DNA of 64,000 nucleotides from Flaccisagitta enflata (lineage: Eukaryota), in NCBI GenBank assembly GCA_965153355.1, contig OZ231126.1:41974001-42038000 (forward strand), in the 5' to 3' direction. Positions within the stretch are counted from its first letter, which is position 1; every line of letters begins with the position of its first letter. Positions 26,494 to 39,653 of this stretch are shown one piece after another. The translations under genes were made by a program, and so were the position numbers. The notes beneath the pieces were generated by a model. That model did no database searches and was not told where the DNA came from. It saw only the letters and a program-made list of their open reading frames with translations.

Positions 26494-27990
26494 AGACTTT
26501 GTCTCACAAGTCTCAGCTTTTGTCTCATTTGTCTCAAATTTTGTCTCATTCGTCTCAATTTTTCGACGTCTGTCTCATCCTTTTACATAGAAAATAACTA
26601 CCACTGCGGCGCAGAGTCGTGAAAAGATTAGTTCGACAGACGACGGATCTAAAATTCTGGATGTATTTTCAAACAGAAAAAACAAGGACGGATAAACGGA
26701 TACCTAAATTGCGGGTGGGTGGGCTGGGTCAATAACTAAGGCTTGATGGCATTTTGGCCTGGAACTTAGTGTGTGTGACTTAGAAATCGAGTCGCATTTT
26801 CTGGACAAATTTCAACACCACTCAGAGAAGCAGTCCGGACGCATCGTTGCCCCGTCGAGCTTGTTCGTGCTTTAAACTTAATGGTCCAACCGGCAATAAA
26901 CCATCATTTAACTAAAATCATTCTCTAATGATTACACGCGACACGCAAAAAAAAAAAAAAAGTCGCTGATTTTGCAACATTTGCTTTCTAGTTTTCGTAT
27001 GCTGCCTCAGGCCACCAGATTAGAAAATCAATATTTGAGTTTTCCCCCCGCAAATGAAAAAAGGCAACTCGTAGTAGAATTTGCTCTCCTGCTTAAAGGT
27101 GCCTCGAATCGATTGATTGAAAAAAAAACAAGGTCTGCAGATGATATTATAACAGATTGATGCATCTTCAAACTGCTTTAGACTAAGAAATCCATGTTTA
27201 CCTGACGATGAATCATATTGGTCGCATTCGTATCAACAAGAAAAAAAAAACTTATGAGAGACAGTTAGACGGACATCTGCGGCAGCAGGCGCACGGTCCA
27301 ATGCATGGACACAAGTACACATCAATACTGTCCTTCTGTAATACACGCATCGAATGTATATATATCCGAATTTAACCGTATCTGACGTTGAAGGACCTCT
27401 CAAACCACAGCCAAAGTCCCACAGCGGAAGCTACAGTCCCACAGCCACAGTCACGACTACAATCTACTAGCCAAAGTCCCACAGTAACACCGTCACACAG
27501 CCCCACACCCACAGACCCACAGTCACAACGTCCCACAGTCCCACAATCACAGTCACACAGACACACAGTCCTTCTGCCTAAGTCACTGTCCACAGCCCCA
27601 CAATCCTATAGCTCCACAGTCCCCTAGTCCCACAGCTGTTAGCACTCATAGAAATTATAATTTTCTCTTCCAATCTCGGTAGAGTGATTCGCGGCCCCTT
27701 TTTTTATCGTCAATTGCGGCAATTGAGATAGTTTCACGCTTGATTGAATTTACCACTCCCAAAGTACAGTCCGACCGACTCCAGACCACATAAAATAGCT
27801 CCATTCCTCGTTCATTTCATTTCTGTGTTGGTTAACATTTTTTTTTTGCTTTGTTGTTGCAATTCTATGTAGTAAAATCATACATAAAATAAAGTTTAAG
27901 AGAAGCCTAATGCAACGATCCGTTGAATGAATTCAATTCAATAAAAAACAAAAACAAAAACAAAAAGAATAAAATAGATTTAGTTTCTTT

Positions 27991-28160
27991 GTACGTTCCG
28001 AGCAAAAAGGGCATTATATGGAGGATCTACTGTACGCAACACATTAAATTCAAATATCATAATCTGTGGTTTTTCTGAAAGCCAATGATGCAAGGAATTC
28101 CGCGAACATATTTTTGATACTCTGGCTGCAAAAGGTGAGCACACAGAAAAAAAGTCGTGC
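27991..28160. mobile_element. Left terminal repeat (first 2 nt missing) of the tRNA-cassette TIR family; inverted partner at ~42443-42608
   Basis: About 165 bp nearly identical to the reverse complement of the segment ending 42608|TA. Confidence 0.8.
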
Positions 28161-28262
28161 ACATGTCTGGTTTTGAACCCATGACTTGACAGAATCGCTT
28201 TTCCCAATGCAGAGAAAAGAAGATCTGAAGTCGCGCACGCTAACCATTCAGCTAGCGAGACA
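28157..28262 (-). promoter_or_regulatory. tRNA-derived Pol III A/B-box cassette (not a functional tRNA)
   Basis: - strand TAGCTGAATGGTTAGCG ... GGGTTCAAAACC followed by a T-run; extra hairpin between the boxes; acceptor stem does not pair. Confidence 0.6.
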
Positions 28263-28535
28263 CGGGTGCTAAGGAGGAAAAACAGTTGGATAAATTCTAA
28301 TCCAGCGCTCATTTCACCATCCAAGCGCGGTTGTTCAAAATGTTTTTTTCTTTGTCATGTGCATCGCCAACTTTCATTGATTCATGTAATTGAACCGATA
28401 AACGACCGAAAAAAGAGATAAACAAATCAACTTACGAACTAACAAGTAGACCAAAGACGGAACAATTAAAGGAAAAAAGCACTGCACTGAAAAGGAAATA
28501 GAAATGATCTACTTACAAAAAAAGAACGAAAACGC

Positions 28536-28607
<72 letters not shown>

Positions 28608-28895
28608 AAAAGAAAAAAGAAAGAAAGAAAAAGAAAGGAAGAAAGTAAGTGAAAAAAGAAAGAAAGAAAGAAAGAAAGAAAGAAAAAGAAAAAAGAAAGA
28701 AAGAAAAAGAAAGGAAGAAAGAAAGTGAAAAAAGAAAGAAAGATAAAGAAAGAAAGAAAGAAAAAGAAAGAAAGAAAGAAAAAGAGAGAAAGAAAAAGAA
28801 AGAAAGAAAGAAAAAGAGAAAAAGGAAAAGAAAGAAAGAAAAAGAGAGAAAGAAAGAAAAAAAGAAAAAGAAAGAAAGAAAGAGAAAGAGAAAAA

Positions 28896-28967
<72 letters not shown>

Positions 28968-29240
28968 AAAAGAAAAAAAGAAAGAAAAAGAAAAAAAGAA
29001 AGAAAATGAAAAAAAGAAAGAAAATGAAAAAAAGAAAGAAAAAGAAAAAAAAGAAAGAAAAAGAAAAAAAGAAAGAAAAAGAAAAAAGAAAGAAAAAGAA
29101 AGAAAAAGAAAAAGAAAGAAAGAAAGAGAAAGAAAAACAGAAAGAAAGACAGAAAGAAAGACAGAAAGAAAGACAGAAAGAAAGACAGAAAGAAAGACAG
29201 AAACCGATTGATGGACGTACTGACTATCAGAAAGAAAGAA
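28536..29240. repeat. Degenerate (GAAA)n polypurine tract
   Basis: Direct reading. Confidence 0.95.
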
Positions 29241-29999
29241 ACAAGGCCGGATACAGGGCAAGACGGTCGCGGAAGGTTGGGCAGGAGCCATAATGCAAAG
29301 GTGTAGAATTGCGTGTCCGTCACTAAAAAGGCAGAGAAAGAAAGAAAAAATAAAGATAAAATTAATGGAAGAAATGTAGAAAAAACAAGGCCGGATACAC
29401 GGCCAATACCAGTTGCGGACGGATGGGCGGAAATGCGTGTTTTCACACTTTCCAACTCGATCATCACGGACGGATGGACCAATGGACCGACGGACGGACG
29501 GACAAAGCCTCTTATAGATTTGCGTGTCCGCAACTAGAAATATAAACTGTCTCTAGACGACCTAAATATTCGCACAGTTACACCTACTATAACAAAAAAA
29601 AAAACGCCAATAGCAAATCAACAAGGCCGGATACACGGCCAATAGCAGTTGCGGACGGGTGGGCAGGGGCGGAAATGCGCGTTTTCACACTTTCCAACTC
29701 GATCATCATGGACCGATGGACCAAAGGACCAACGGACGGACAAAGCCTCTTATACAGTTGCGTGTCCGCAACTAAAAAGAAGAAATATACAATTCCAAAA
29801 AGCGTCATCCACGCGATTTTCGAGCCGCGATGGAACGTGATACCAACCTTCTGTCAAGACTTTTGCAAGTAATTGTCTACCATATTCATTCATATTTATT
29901 CATTCATATCTCATACCGCTAAAAGTTAGATGCATTTTAAAACTAACAAGTATATATCAAGAAAATGACCTGTGATTTACAGATTTTCACTTTCCGCGC

Positions 30000-30240
30000 T
30001 ATTCATGAACATTCACGAACATTAACGAATGTTCGAGGACATTCAAAGACATTCTGGGACATTTACGAACTTTCATGAATATTCAAAAATGTTAACGAAA
30101 ATTCATGGATGTTCACAAATGTTTACAAATGTTCACGAACATTCTTGTACATTCACGAACGTTCTTGTACATTCACGAATGTTCTTGTACATTCACGAAC
30201 ATTTACATACGTTCACGAACATTCACAAACATTCGTTCAT
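30000..30240. repeat. ~10-bp degenerate repeat (ATTCACGAAC); inverted counterpart at ~32730-32870
   Basis: Direct reading on both strands. Confidence 0.75.
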
Positions 30241-30825
30241 CATTTTATTGAAATGACACGCGTCTCAACGGTCGCCTCTGTACATAATAAAGGACGTATA
30301 AATATATACAAATTCCCCCTCAGTGTAGAGACTGAGCGACAACCGTGATGCTCTTTTCTCTCCTAATATTACGCGTATGGGGCCGCTGCGGATTTTCGTG
30401 ACAGTAAAGCTGCAGATTTTCATGACTGTAAAGCTGCTGATTTTTATGACAGTGAAGCGACAGAGCTCTGCCAGTCCGTTCTGTCTACGTTTTGGATACA
30501 CGGCCAATACCAGTTGCGGACGGATGGGCAGGGGCGGAAATGCGCGTTTTCACACTTTCCAAGGCTAAGAACCAAGGGCAATAGGTTTGATGATTTAATT
30601 GTCAAAATACGGACCAACCGACCAATCAGTACTATACTAACAGGCAGTCAAACACGCAGCTGTAAAGGAGATGACTAAGAATATGGCGGCGACGATGATG
30701 AAGACGCAAATCAAAGTGAATATTGTATCGACGAAGACAAGATGAAGATGACAAATTGACGATGATATCAAAGATGAAAACGTTAATAGAACTGAGATCA
30801 CGGAATATGATTTAGGTGCGGATAT

Positions 30826-31448
30826 GACGCACTGAAAATTACCATAGAATTTGTTACCCGAGATAGATAAATCATGAAATTTATAAAATGAAATTTAATG
30901 ACAATTTTTGTTTCTATGTTTTCAATTAAACTGTCAACAGCCATATTTTGCATGAATTGACTTGCATATGCCGGTTTTAAATTCCAATCCTTTATTTTAC
31001 AGCTGAAAAAATATGCAAAATACATTAAAAAACTTTTGTCAATGTACCATGGCTCATTGAAAATTTCAAATTTGCATAGAAAATCCAAATATCAACAAAA
31101 CAAGAACATAGCGCGATTCCTAAGACACAAACTGAGGGCGCTATGTTCTTATTTTAATGATATTTGGATTTTTCCTGCAAATTTAAAATTTTCATTGAGC
31201 AGTTACGGAAAAAGATTGTCGCTATTTTTTTAACTTTTTAGTCTCATCAGAATCGAATTCCCTTCAATCTTATAGCATCTTTGTCATTTGACAGTGACAG
31301 ATCGATTTCCTCATGTAAGTTTACACATTTAAGTAAAAAAAAACAAACAAAAACAAGCATCAACCTAAGCAAACATAGTAAAGCAAACGCGTTTAAACAG
31401 TAACTCTGTCCTCTGGGTAAATTCCTCTTGCTTTTATTCCAGTGCGTC
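30826..31448 (+). mobile_element. ~620-bp non-autonomous TIR element with a 4-bp TSD (ATAT)
   Basis: ATAT|GACGCACTG ... CAGTGCGTC|ATAT; internal ~150-bp palindrome at 31050-31200; homologous copy at 34357-34966. Confidence 0.85.
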
Positions 31449-33087
31449 ATATGATTATTTATCATTCAAACAATTTTGGATACCATGGTTGTGTATGATC
31501 CATAATATGAAAAGCTAATCAAGCAATTTTGAGTCTTTATGCGTAATCCACGCTCAGTTCACCATCATGATGAATGGAAGGATTAGCTGACCGAACAAAC
31601 AAGCATGAAGTTTTGACGAGGCTGCTGTTGTTGCTGACTTGCTGTAGCTACAACTGTAACTTGTATTGCTCCGCCTATCGTTCCTCCTGCTCTTCTTCCT
31701 CCTTCTCCCCTTCCTCCTCCTTTTCTTCTTTTCTCTTTCTCCCCTCCCCAGTAGGAAATACAAGACAAGGTCGGATACACGGCCGATAAGTATTTGCTGG
31801 TGTTTGGGCAGGGGAGTAATACGGTGGGCAGGGGCAGGATGGGGCAGGGTTAGGCTGTTATGTGGCGGGGTAGGGTCACTATTGCTTAGAAATCACCAGT
31901 ACAGTCAATTTTGTGTCATTAAGATTCTCGCGTTACCATACTTCCAACATACCTACCTACCTACCTACCTACCTACCTACCTACGGACACAACCTCTTAT
32001 AGAGTCGCTTAGCCAGTGACTAAAGATTGGTAATTGAAAATTGTTATGAACAAACGGACTGACAGACCAAGATGGCAAGGTGTGGATTGCTTGTTCGTGA
32101 TTTAATAAGGCCAAGATTTGGCAAATAAGTGCGCCTCGCTGGATAAATGAGAAGTGAATGAACGTTTTGAATGAATGAATGAATGAATGAATGAATGAAT
32201 GGATGAGTGAATAGCGCATCTGTTCACGACCGAAAACGCGTTTCTTTCCTCGAAGGTGTTTACAGCGTGAACACATATTTATGAATTTCAACTGTCCCAC
32301 GAGGGAGTGAGCGAAGTGAGTGAGCGAGCCTGAGAACCTAGCAAGCAAGCAAGCAAAGCAAGCAGAGCGAGAGCGAGTGAGCGATGCGAGCGAACGAACG
32401 AAGCAAGCAACCGAGTGGCCCATTAAAAACGTGATTGTCTTTGACAAGAAACGCCCCCTGAGATTATGGGTCACTTGTGCGTGCATTTGCACATTCCCTA
32501 GTGCATAGATTTGCAGGTTTGCTCGTGCGTGAATTTGCACATTCGCTTGTGCGTACATTTGCACGCTCGCTTATGTATACATTTTCATGCTTGCTCGTTT
32601 ATGCGTTTACGCGCTCGCTCATGTGTACTCATTTACTCGTTTGCACGCTTTGTTCGTATTTTCCCGCTTTCTGCATTTAAATTTCCCCCATGTATGCATC
32701 AGTACCCTCGATCATGAATGCATTCAATTTGATGAATATTGGTGAACGTATTTTCGTGTGTTTGTATTTTTGTGAACGTATGTTTGTGAATGTTTGTAAA
32801 CGTACGTTAAAGTTCGTGACTCTCCGTGGATTTCCGTGAACATTTTAAACGTTTGTTAATGTTCAAGAGCATTTGTGCACAGCGGGCCTTAACTGGGTAT
32901 GAGTTTAAAAAAATCCCCAATGGTAGTGACTTGTATGAGAAGGTACAATTTATAGTGGAGAATTGATGTAAACCCTTAAAAAAAGATTTCCCTTGAAAAT
33001 TTTTGCAAAAATCGTCTAAAAGTATCAATTTTCGCATATGTTTACATATAGATCTCAAGGATAAATCAGTTTCAAAATTCTTACTAA

Positions 33088-33801
33088 AGATTCACATTTT
33101 TGGTGAAATTTCCAATCATTTGATAGATCACACTTGGGTGCTTCGCATAGAAAAAGTTGGTTATTTCTTTTCACCCTCTTTACCAAATTAGAGTAGATAA
33201 TTTTAGAACCCTTAGCATTTTACTTTTATCAAAAATCGTTCATCTTCCGTTTTTTAGAAAATTGTTATTGAGGACCTAATTTGCATAATGCAGTGGGATG
33301 AAGAAATATGCTGACATTGTTTGAATCAGCTTTCACAAACTTCTACTCTTCATAAAGTTGTAATTCTGCTTTTTTATAAGCTCTTTCATAGCTTATTTTC
33401 TGATGTTTCATTTTATTTTTACAAACATCATGATTTTATAAACCAAATAATTGTCCTTTTTGTAACAAAACTAGAAAGGATTTTGCTGAATTCTGGGCAA
33501 TCAGTGGGAACTTTAAGGCCAAAACAAAAACGGAAGATAAAGGAATTTTAAAAAATGGTCATCTTCATGATTTTTACTCCTCCACATTACCTAAATAGGG
33601 TAAAGGGATACTCACAACTTTTGCTATGTGAAGCACCCAAAGGTCACACTGTATACTTTTATGAAAAAATAAGATTTTCATTTTTCATACCACCGTTACA
33701 AAGAAAGCAACGGTGGCCTAAGATATGAAAATCTTATTTTTTCATGAAAGTATATAATGTGACCTATCAAATGATTGGAAATTTCATCAGGAATGTGAAT
33801 C
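33088..33801. mobile_element. TTAA-site TIR element (Kolobok/piggyBac-type target) inserted in the left TIR of 32878-41212; itself contains a palindromic MITE at ~33642-33764
   Basis: gattcacatt..tg.tgaaatttccaatcatttgatag.tcaca inverted at both ends; the empty site cttaagggtattat is present in the right TIR. Confidence 0.7.
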
Positions 33802-34008
33802 TTAAGGGTATTATCGACCCATGATGAAAAAAAATTACTAAATTCTTTGCTGGTGATGAATGTGATGAATGAACCAGAAGTAATTATTCGCAAAAAACCG
33901 TTCCCCTTTTGCTTAATCCGTTCTATCTCGACAAAATATGTGTCATAACCACCAAAGTTGAGGGGAAATGCAAGAAAAAAAGAATCTTCGCCTCAGCGAA
34001 AAATTGTT

Positions 34009-34087
34009 AATGAGCGAGAGTCGAACTCGCAACGTAATAATGTCTAGGAATTCTTGGTCACAAACGTTACCACTAAGCTAACATCTC
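34009..34087 (-). ncRNA. tRNA-like sequence (tRNA pseudogene or SINE head)
   Basis: - strand A-box TAGCTTAGTGG, perfect T-arm GCGAG-TTCGACT-CTCGC, downstream TTTTT; anticodon arm not canonical. Confidence 0.55.
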
Positions 34088-34356
34088 ATGCTGATAGCGA
34101 GGATAACAATGATGGTTTTATTTCAAAAAATCAATTCTGGCAACCAACCACCGCTGTCAAAAGAAATTCATAGGAAGTCGACTCTGACGCGTCTTGGATG
34201 CTTGATCAGCTGGGATTAGCATTGGTCAGTGAATCAAAAGGAGGGAGAGAGGGAGCGAGAGAGGGGAGGGAGTGAGTGAGTGAGACAGAGCAAGGGAGTA
34301 GTATGGGAGTGAGCAAGTAAGATTGGGACTGAGCAGAAGAGCATGTAAGGCTGTAA

Positions 34357-34966
34357 GACACACTGAAAGTAAATCAGGAAGAGTTTACCCGGAGGACAAA
34401 CTTACCAATCGCTTTACCATTTTTGCTTCGATCCATGATTATGTTATTATCTCAAAAATTAGATATGCATACAAATGTAAGGAAACCAATCTGTTGCTGT
34501 CAAATGACTGAAATGCAAAAAAACGAAGGTAACTTGCTTTTGATGTGACAAATCAGTAAGAAAAATGATAACAATCATTTCAGCAACTGCTCATTGAAAA
34601 TTTTGAATTTGCATTGGAAATCAAAAAATCAACAAATTAAGAACATAGCGCGCCCAGTTAATGAGTTAGGAATCGCGCTATGTTCTTGTTTTGTTGGTAT
34701 TTTGATTTCCTATGCAAATTTAAAATTTTCAATAGACCATGGTACATTGACAAAGCAAGTTTTTTATTCTATTTCGCTTGTTTTTTCAGCTGTAAAACAA
34801 AGGATTTGAGATTAATACTGCCCAATGCAAGTTATTTCATGCAAAATATGTATGTTGACAGTTTGATTGAAAACATCAAAGCAAAATTTTTCATCAAATT
34901 CCATTTTATAAAATTCATGATTCATCTAGCTCGGGTAGCAAATTTGATGATAATTTTCAGTGCGTC
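34357..34966 (-). mobile_element. Second copy of the 4-bp-TSD TIR element (TSD GTAA), opposite orientation
   Basis: GTAA|GACACACTG ... CAGTGCGTC|GTAA; reverse-complement homology to 30826-31448. Confidence 0.85.
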
Positions 34967-36144
34967 GTAAGCAGTAGAGCGCTCAAGCAAGCGTGCACCG
35001 TGCAAGCAAGCAAGGGAGCAGGCACAAGAAAAGAATGAAAGTTATTCTGCAGTATCTTCAAACACTTATTTGTATTTTCGAATGGTTCTGTTTTATTGAT
35101 CTTTTTTTACGTTTTGTTTTCATTTGAAGATTTTCTGTAATTTCAAACTTTATGTTATATCTGAAAGTGTGGTTGTATGACAAGGTCAGATACACGATTA
35201 TGCCAGGCGCGTGTGGATGGGCAGGGGCAGTGATAGAGAAGGGCATTTGGGCAGGAGTAGTGAGCTCAACAAGGCTGGATACACGGTAAGACAGTCGCGG
35301 ACAATTGGGCAGGGGCCGTAATGCAATAACCGCTCGGAATTCAACAAAATTTGTAACGGACCGACTGACCGACGGACCGGCCGACCGACACAGCAAGGTG
35401 TAGAGTTGCGTGTCCGCGACATAAAAGCTCAAAAAAGCCGAAAAAGCAAAAAGGGGACTGACCGACCAATCAACCGACTGACCACTAACAGACAAAACGA
35501 CCTACCAACTGACGAACAAAGTGGATGTAGAGTCACGTAGTAGGTAGTTGGTAGTATTACTGAAATTTTTCATATATTCTTGTAAGTTTTTCAAGTCCTC
35601 AAATGTTCTGTTGTATTATCAAATTTATTTTTGCAATTCTAATCTTTGGTTGTATTTCTGATTATTTTGTAGTATTTTCAAATGTCTTATTGTATTTCCG
35701 AATGGGTTGTCGAAATTTTTGCTTTTTTTTTTGTTTATTCGCATGTTTGCTATACTTGTGAATGTTTTTAGTCGTGGACGCCAGACTGTACAACTAGCCG
35801 TGTTGGTGGGTAGGTAGGTCTGTCACAATCCTGAATTGCAAGCGGTTTTTGCATTACTGCCCCTGCCCAACCATTTGCGACTGTCTTGCCGTGTATCCGG
35901 CCTTGTTTATACTTAGAAAGGTTTTGCTGTACCTTCAAATTGTTCTTTTTTTTCACATTCCATTTTTCCAATGAATTGCTGTTATTTCTGGTCTATACGG
36001 ACTAGCAATCCCCTGATGAGGGGCTTCAGGAGGAGAATTACAAAGAGGACAATAAAGATGGTGCTAACAATCAGTGTGCTGCGTCTCTTTGCATGAATGC
36101 GTGTGTATGAAATATTTACGAAATGTATATACAATATATATGTA

Positions 36145-36225
<81 letters not shown>

Positions 36226-36611
36226 TGTGCGTGTGTGTGTGAGGTCGATGTTGCTGCTGTTTTGGTAGTCGCTGTCATTGTTGTTATTGCCGTCGTTATC
36301 GTAATTGTCGTCATTCACTCACTGAAGCACCCCGTCCACGGAGGGACACGCTTACCGATTTGGGCTCGCGTTTGTGCTGCGCACAGTTAGTTTTTGCCAT
36401 CTATACAGCGCAATCACACACTTCTCTTGCATTCTTGCAGACTCAGTCCTTATCATTCTCGTCCTCATCGTTATTGTCACTGTCGTTGTCATTGTCATTG
36501 TCATTGTCATTGTTGTTGTCGTTGTCATTGTCATCGCTGTTGTCGTCATCACTGTCGTCGTTGTTGTTGTTGTTGTCGTCGTCTTTGTCGTCGTCGTCGT
36601 CGTCGTCGTCG

Positions 36612-36681
<70 letters not shown>

Positions 36682-37459
36682 ATGTTGTTGTTGTCGGTGA
36701 TTCTCATAGTCGTCGTCGCATTTATTTGTTGGTTGTTGTTGTAGTTGTCGGTTGTTGTCATTGCTGTTGTCGTTATTGTCCGCTGTTGTTGGTTATTGTT
36801 GTCATCGCTCATGTCATCATTATCGTTGTCGTCGTTGTCATCGCCATCGTCAATGTCGTTGTCACTGTCGTTATGTGATTTTTGCTCGTTTTGTTTTTGT
36901 TGTTTTCATTTTTGTTTAGGTTTTTGTTTTCATTTTTGTTGTTGTTTTTAGACGCGTGCACGTGACTCTACAACCGGCTTTGTCTGTTGGTTGGTCGGTC
37001 GGTCAGTCAGTTGGTTGGTCGGTCACGTTTTACTTTTATGATTTTATTTCTTTGACCTCACTGCTCCTGCCCAAATGGTCTAGTGACCTCAAATATGGCC
37101 CCTGCCCACCCACACGCGACTTCCGTAGCCGTGTATCCGGCCTTGTTGTTTTCTTTGTTGATTTTTTTTTGTTGTTGTTGTTGTTGTTATGGTTTCTGTA
37201 TTCATTTTCGTCATTATTTTTTGTTTTGTTGCTGTTTTTGCCTTTGTTTTCATCTTCCTTGTTGTTGTTTTCATTTTCGTTATTGTGTTTTCATTTTTGT
37301 TGATGTTTTTGTTTTTGTTTTAGTTATCGTTTTTGTTTTTGTTAATGAAATTTTTGTTTTTGTTGGCGATTACGAAATCGAATTCGAATGTGCGGTTGCC
37401 GATCATCAGAGCTTTGCGTACTTTTCCGTAGCACTTGATGTTTGTTCCGTTCGCTGCTC

Positions 37460-38245
37460 ATAGCATAGCTGAGTGCCGTTGGGGCCAAGGCGACGTTGGG
37501 GTTTTGTTGGCAGGATGATGGAGAGGAGGGCCCCGCCATCGACTTGCAATTTGTTTCCTCCAATTTTGTCCTTTTGGTGAAAGAGATCGCCGTTTTGGCC
37601 AGTCGCGGCATTCACGCTTGTCGATAGATGGGACGTTGTTGAACTTGTCGCTGCCGCGCTTGCAAGTGCCCGCGAGCCCCATCGCCGAATTGCACGTGGT
37701 ACTTGCATAATCTCTGTGCGGTGGCTGCGCCCTTGTTTTTTTGTGAACCGGACTGTTGCGGCTTTCCTCTTTTGGGAGTGCCGGCTGAAATGCCGCTGCG
37801 TGAGTTCGGGGTGGAAAATGCTTTGGGTGAGTCCGCTTTTTGGCGTTGCTGGTTGCCGCAGCGGTTGCGCTGCGGAAGACCGCGTCCGACGGCGTTGGCG
37901 TTGTCGTCGTCGATGCTGAAGCTCTCAAAAGAGGCGGAGACTGCGTTTGCATTGCTCGCTGTTGTTTTGTTGGGCCAAACTCGGAGCGGAGGTAGTTCAA
38001 GAATGCTGTCCACTGTGCGTCAGTTGCATCGCCGTATCAGTACTCGTCGATGTTCGGGTCGTAACCCACGGGAAACTTGATTTCCGGAAATGCTAACGTC
38101 TCGTTCGTTGCACTTATGTTCGCGCCAGTGATGGCGTAATCGTAAGCGGACGCAGACGCGCTGTACTCAACATTTTGGCTGTACTTGTAAGCGTGATCAT
38201 AAGCGTTCCCTCAATTTCTGCGTAAGTGTTCATCATTCCAACGCC

Positions 38246-38313
<68 letters not shown>

Positions 38314-38605
38314 CCCGAATGACAGAAACGGGATGTCCCCTTTGATGCAACTTATGAGCGTCCACGCACATCACTAGGTTGATCAGTTGTTTGCTTGCTT
38401 GGTAATATGCAAAGGTCAAAAATCGCGCAAAACATCCAATTTTTCTTTCTTGCTCTATTTCTTTCTCTCTTTCTCTCTTTCTTTCTTTTTTTCTTTTTTT
38501 CTTTTTTTCTTTTTTTCTTTTTTTCTTTTTTTTCTTTTTTTCTTTTTTTCTTTTTTTCTTTTTTTCTCTTTTTCTCTTTTTCTTTCTTTCTTTCTTTCTT
38601 GCTTA

Positions 38606-38673
<68 letters not shown>

Positions 38674-38939
38674 TTTCTTTTTTTTTCTTTCTTTCTTTGC
38701 TCAGTCTTTCCTTTTTTTCTTTCTTTCTTTCTTTACTCAGTCTTTCCTTTTTTCTTTCTTTCTTTTTCTTTCTTTCTTTCTTTGCTCAGTCTTTCCCTTT
38801 CTTTTTTTCTTCTTTCTTTGCTCAGTATTTCCCTTTCTTTTTTTTTTTCTTTCTTTCTTTCTTTGCTCAGTCTTTCCCTTTCTTTCTTTCTTCCTTTCTC
38901 TTTCTTCTTTTCTTTCTTTCTTTTTCTTTTTTTGCTCAG

Positions 38940-38990
<51 letters not shown>

Positions 38991-39196
38991 GTTTTGCTCA
39001 GTCTTTCCCTTTCTTTTTTTTCTTTCTTTTTTCTTTCTTTTTTCTTTCTATTTTCTTTTTTTTTTCTTTCTTTTTTCTTTCTTTTATTCTTTCTTTGATT
39101 CTTTCTTTGATTCTTTCTTTGATTGATTTGATTGATTGATTTGATTGATTCTTTCTTTGATTGATTTGATGGATTGATTTGATTGATTTGATTGAT

Positions 39197-39248
<52 letters not shown>

Positions 39249-39653
39249 TCCTTCATTCGTTTTTTCTTTTTTTCTTTCGTTGAATTTGGCCAAAATTGGC
39301 TTTACTGTGTAAGAGCTCTAGTAGATTGAGTTGTACTCGTTGTGTACTCGTAATCGTAATCGTACGTGGTCAAAGATAGAAGGAATCATAAGCGTAATCG
39401 TACTCACTCATGCAGTAACGTACGGTGCCTCGCAATTGGTCTAAAACACATCGCGTTACCATCGCTGGTTCGCGCATGTGAAGGCGTTCTCCGTCCTTTT
39501 GATCCATATTTCTACATGGTTCTTGTCAAACGGAGGGATTTCCGGCTTTTTGCGGATGGCGTCTGGCATTGAGGCTGCTGCTACGGCCGTTTCGTTGCGA
39601 ACTTCGTCGCGGAGTTGTTCGCGGAGCCCGTCGAGTTGCTCTTGCGTAGTCAT
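37460..39653 (-). pseudogene. Decayed Gypsy-type LTR retrotransposon gag-protease fragment
   Basis: N-terminus MTTQ...KKPEIPPFDKNHVEIWIKRTENAF continues in frame after removing 38126-39467 (…FPEIKFPVGYDPNIDEY*YGDATDAQWTAFLNYLRSEFGP); knuckle LCKYHVQFGDGAR/TCKRG; protease-like LFHQKDKIGGNKLQVDGGALLSII. Contains a stop and frameshifts; no RT/IN seen. Confidence 0.8.
38126..39467. mobile_element. hAT-like non-autonomous element, 8-bp TSD GTTCGCGC
   Basis: TSD at 38118-38125 and 39468-39475; ends CAGTGATGG / CCATCGCTG; subterminal gtaatcgta and gtactc motifs; interior mostly microsatellite. Confidence 0.88.

Noticed and set aside
27202-27325. Candidate - strand exon (KDSIDVYLCPCIGPCACCRRCPSNCLS* or RTVLMCTCVHALD...)
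   Set aside because: Plausible acceptor, but the frame is ambiguous and no homology was recognised; needs RNA evidence.
30826-34966. Single 4.1-kb element with ~470-bp TIRs
   Set aside because: Each copy has its own two ends and its own TSD, so they are independent insertions.
36357-36401. Candidate 45-bp - strand exon (WQKLTVRSTNASPNR), phase-compatible with the large exon
   Set aside because: Weak pyrimidine tract, and it lies inside the 8.3-kb TIR element; unsupported without transcripts.
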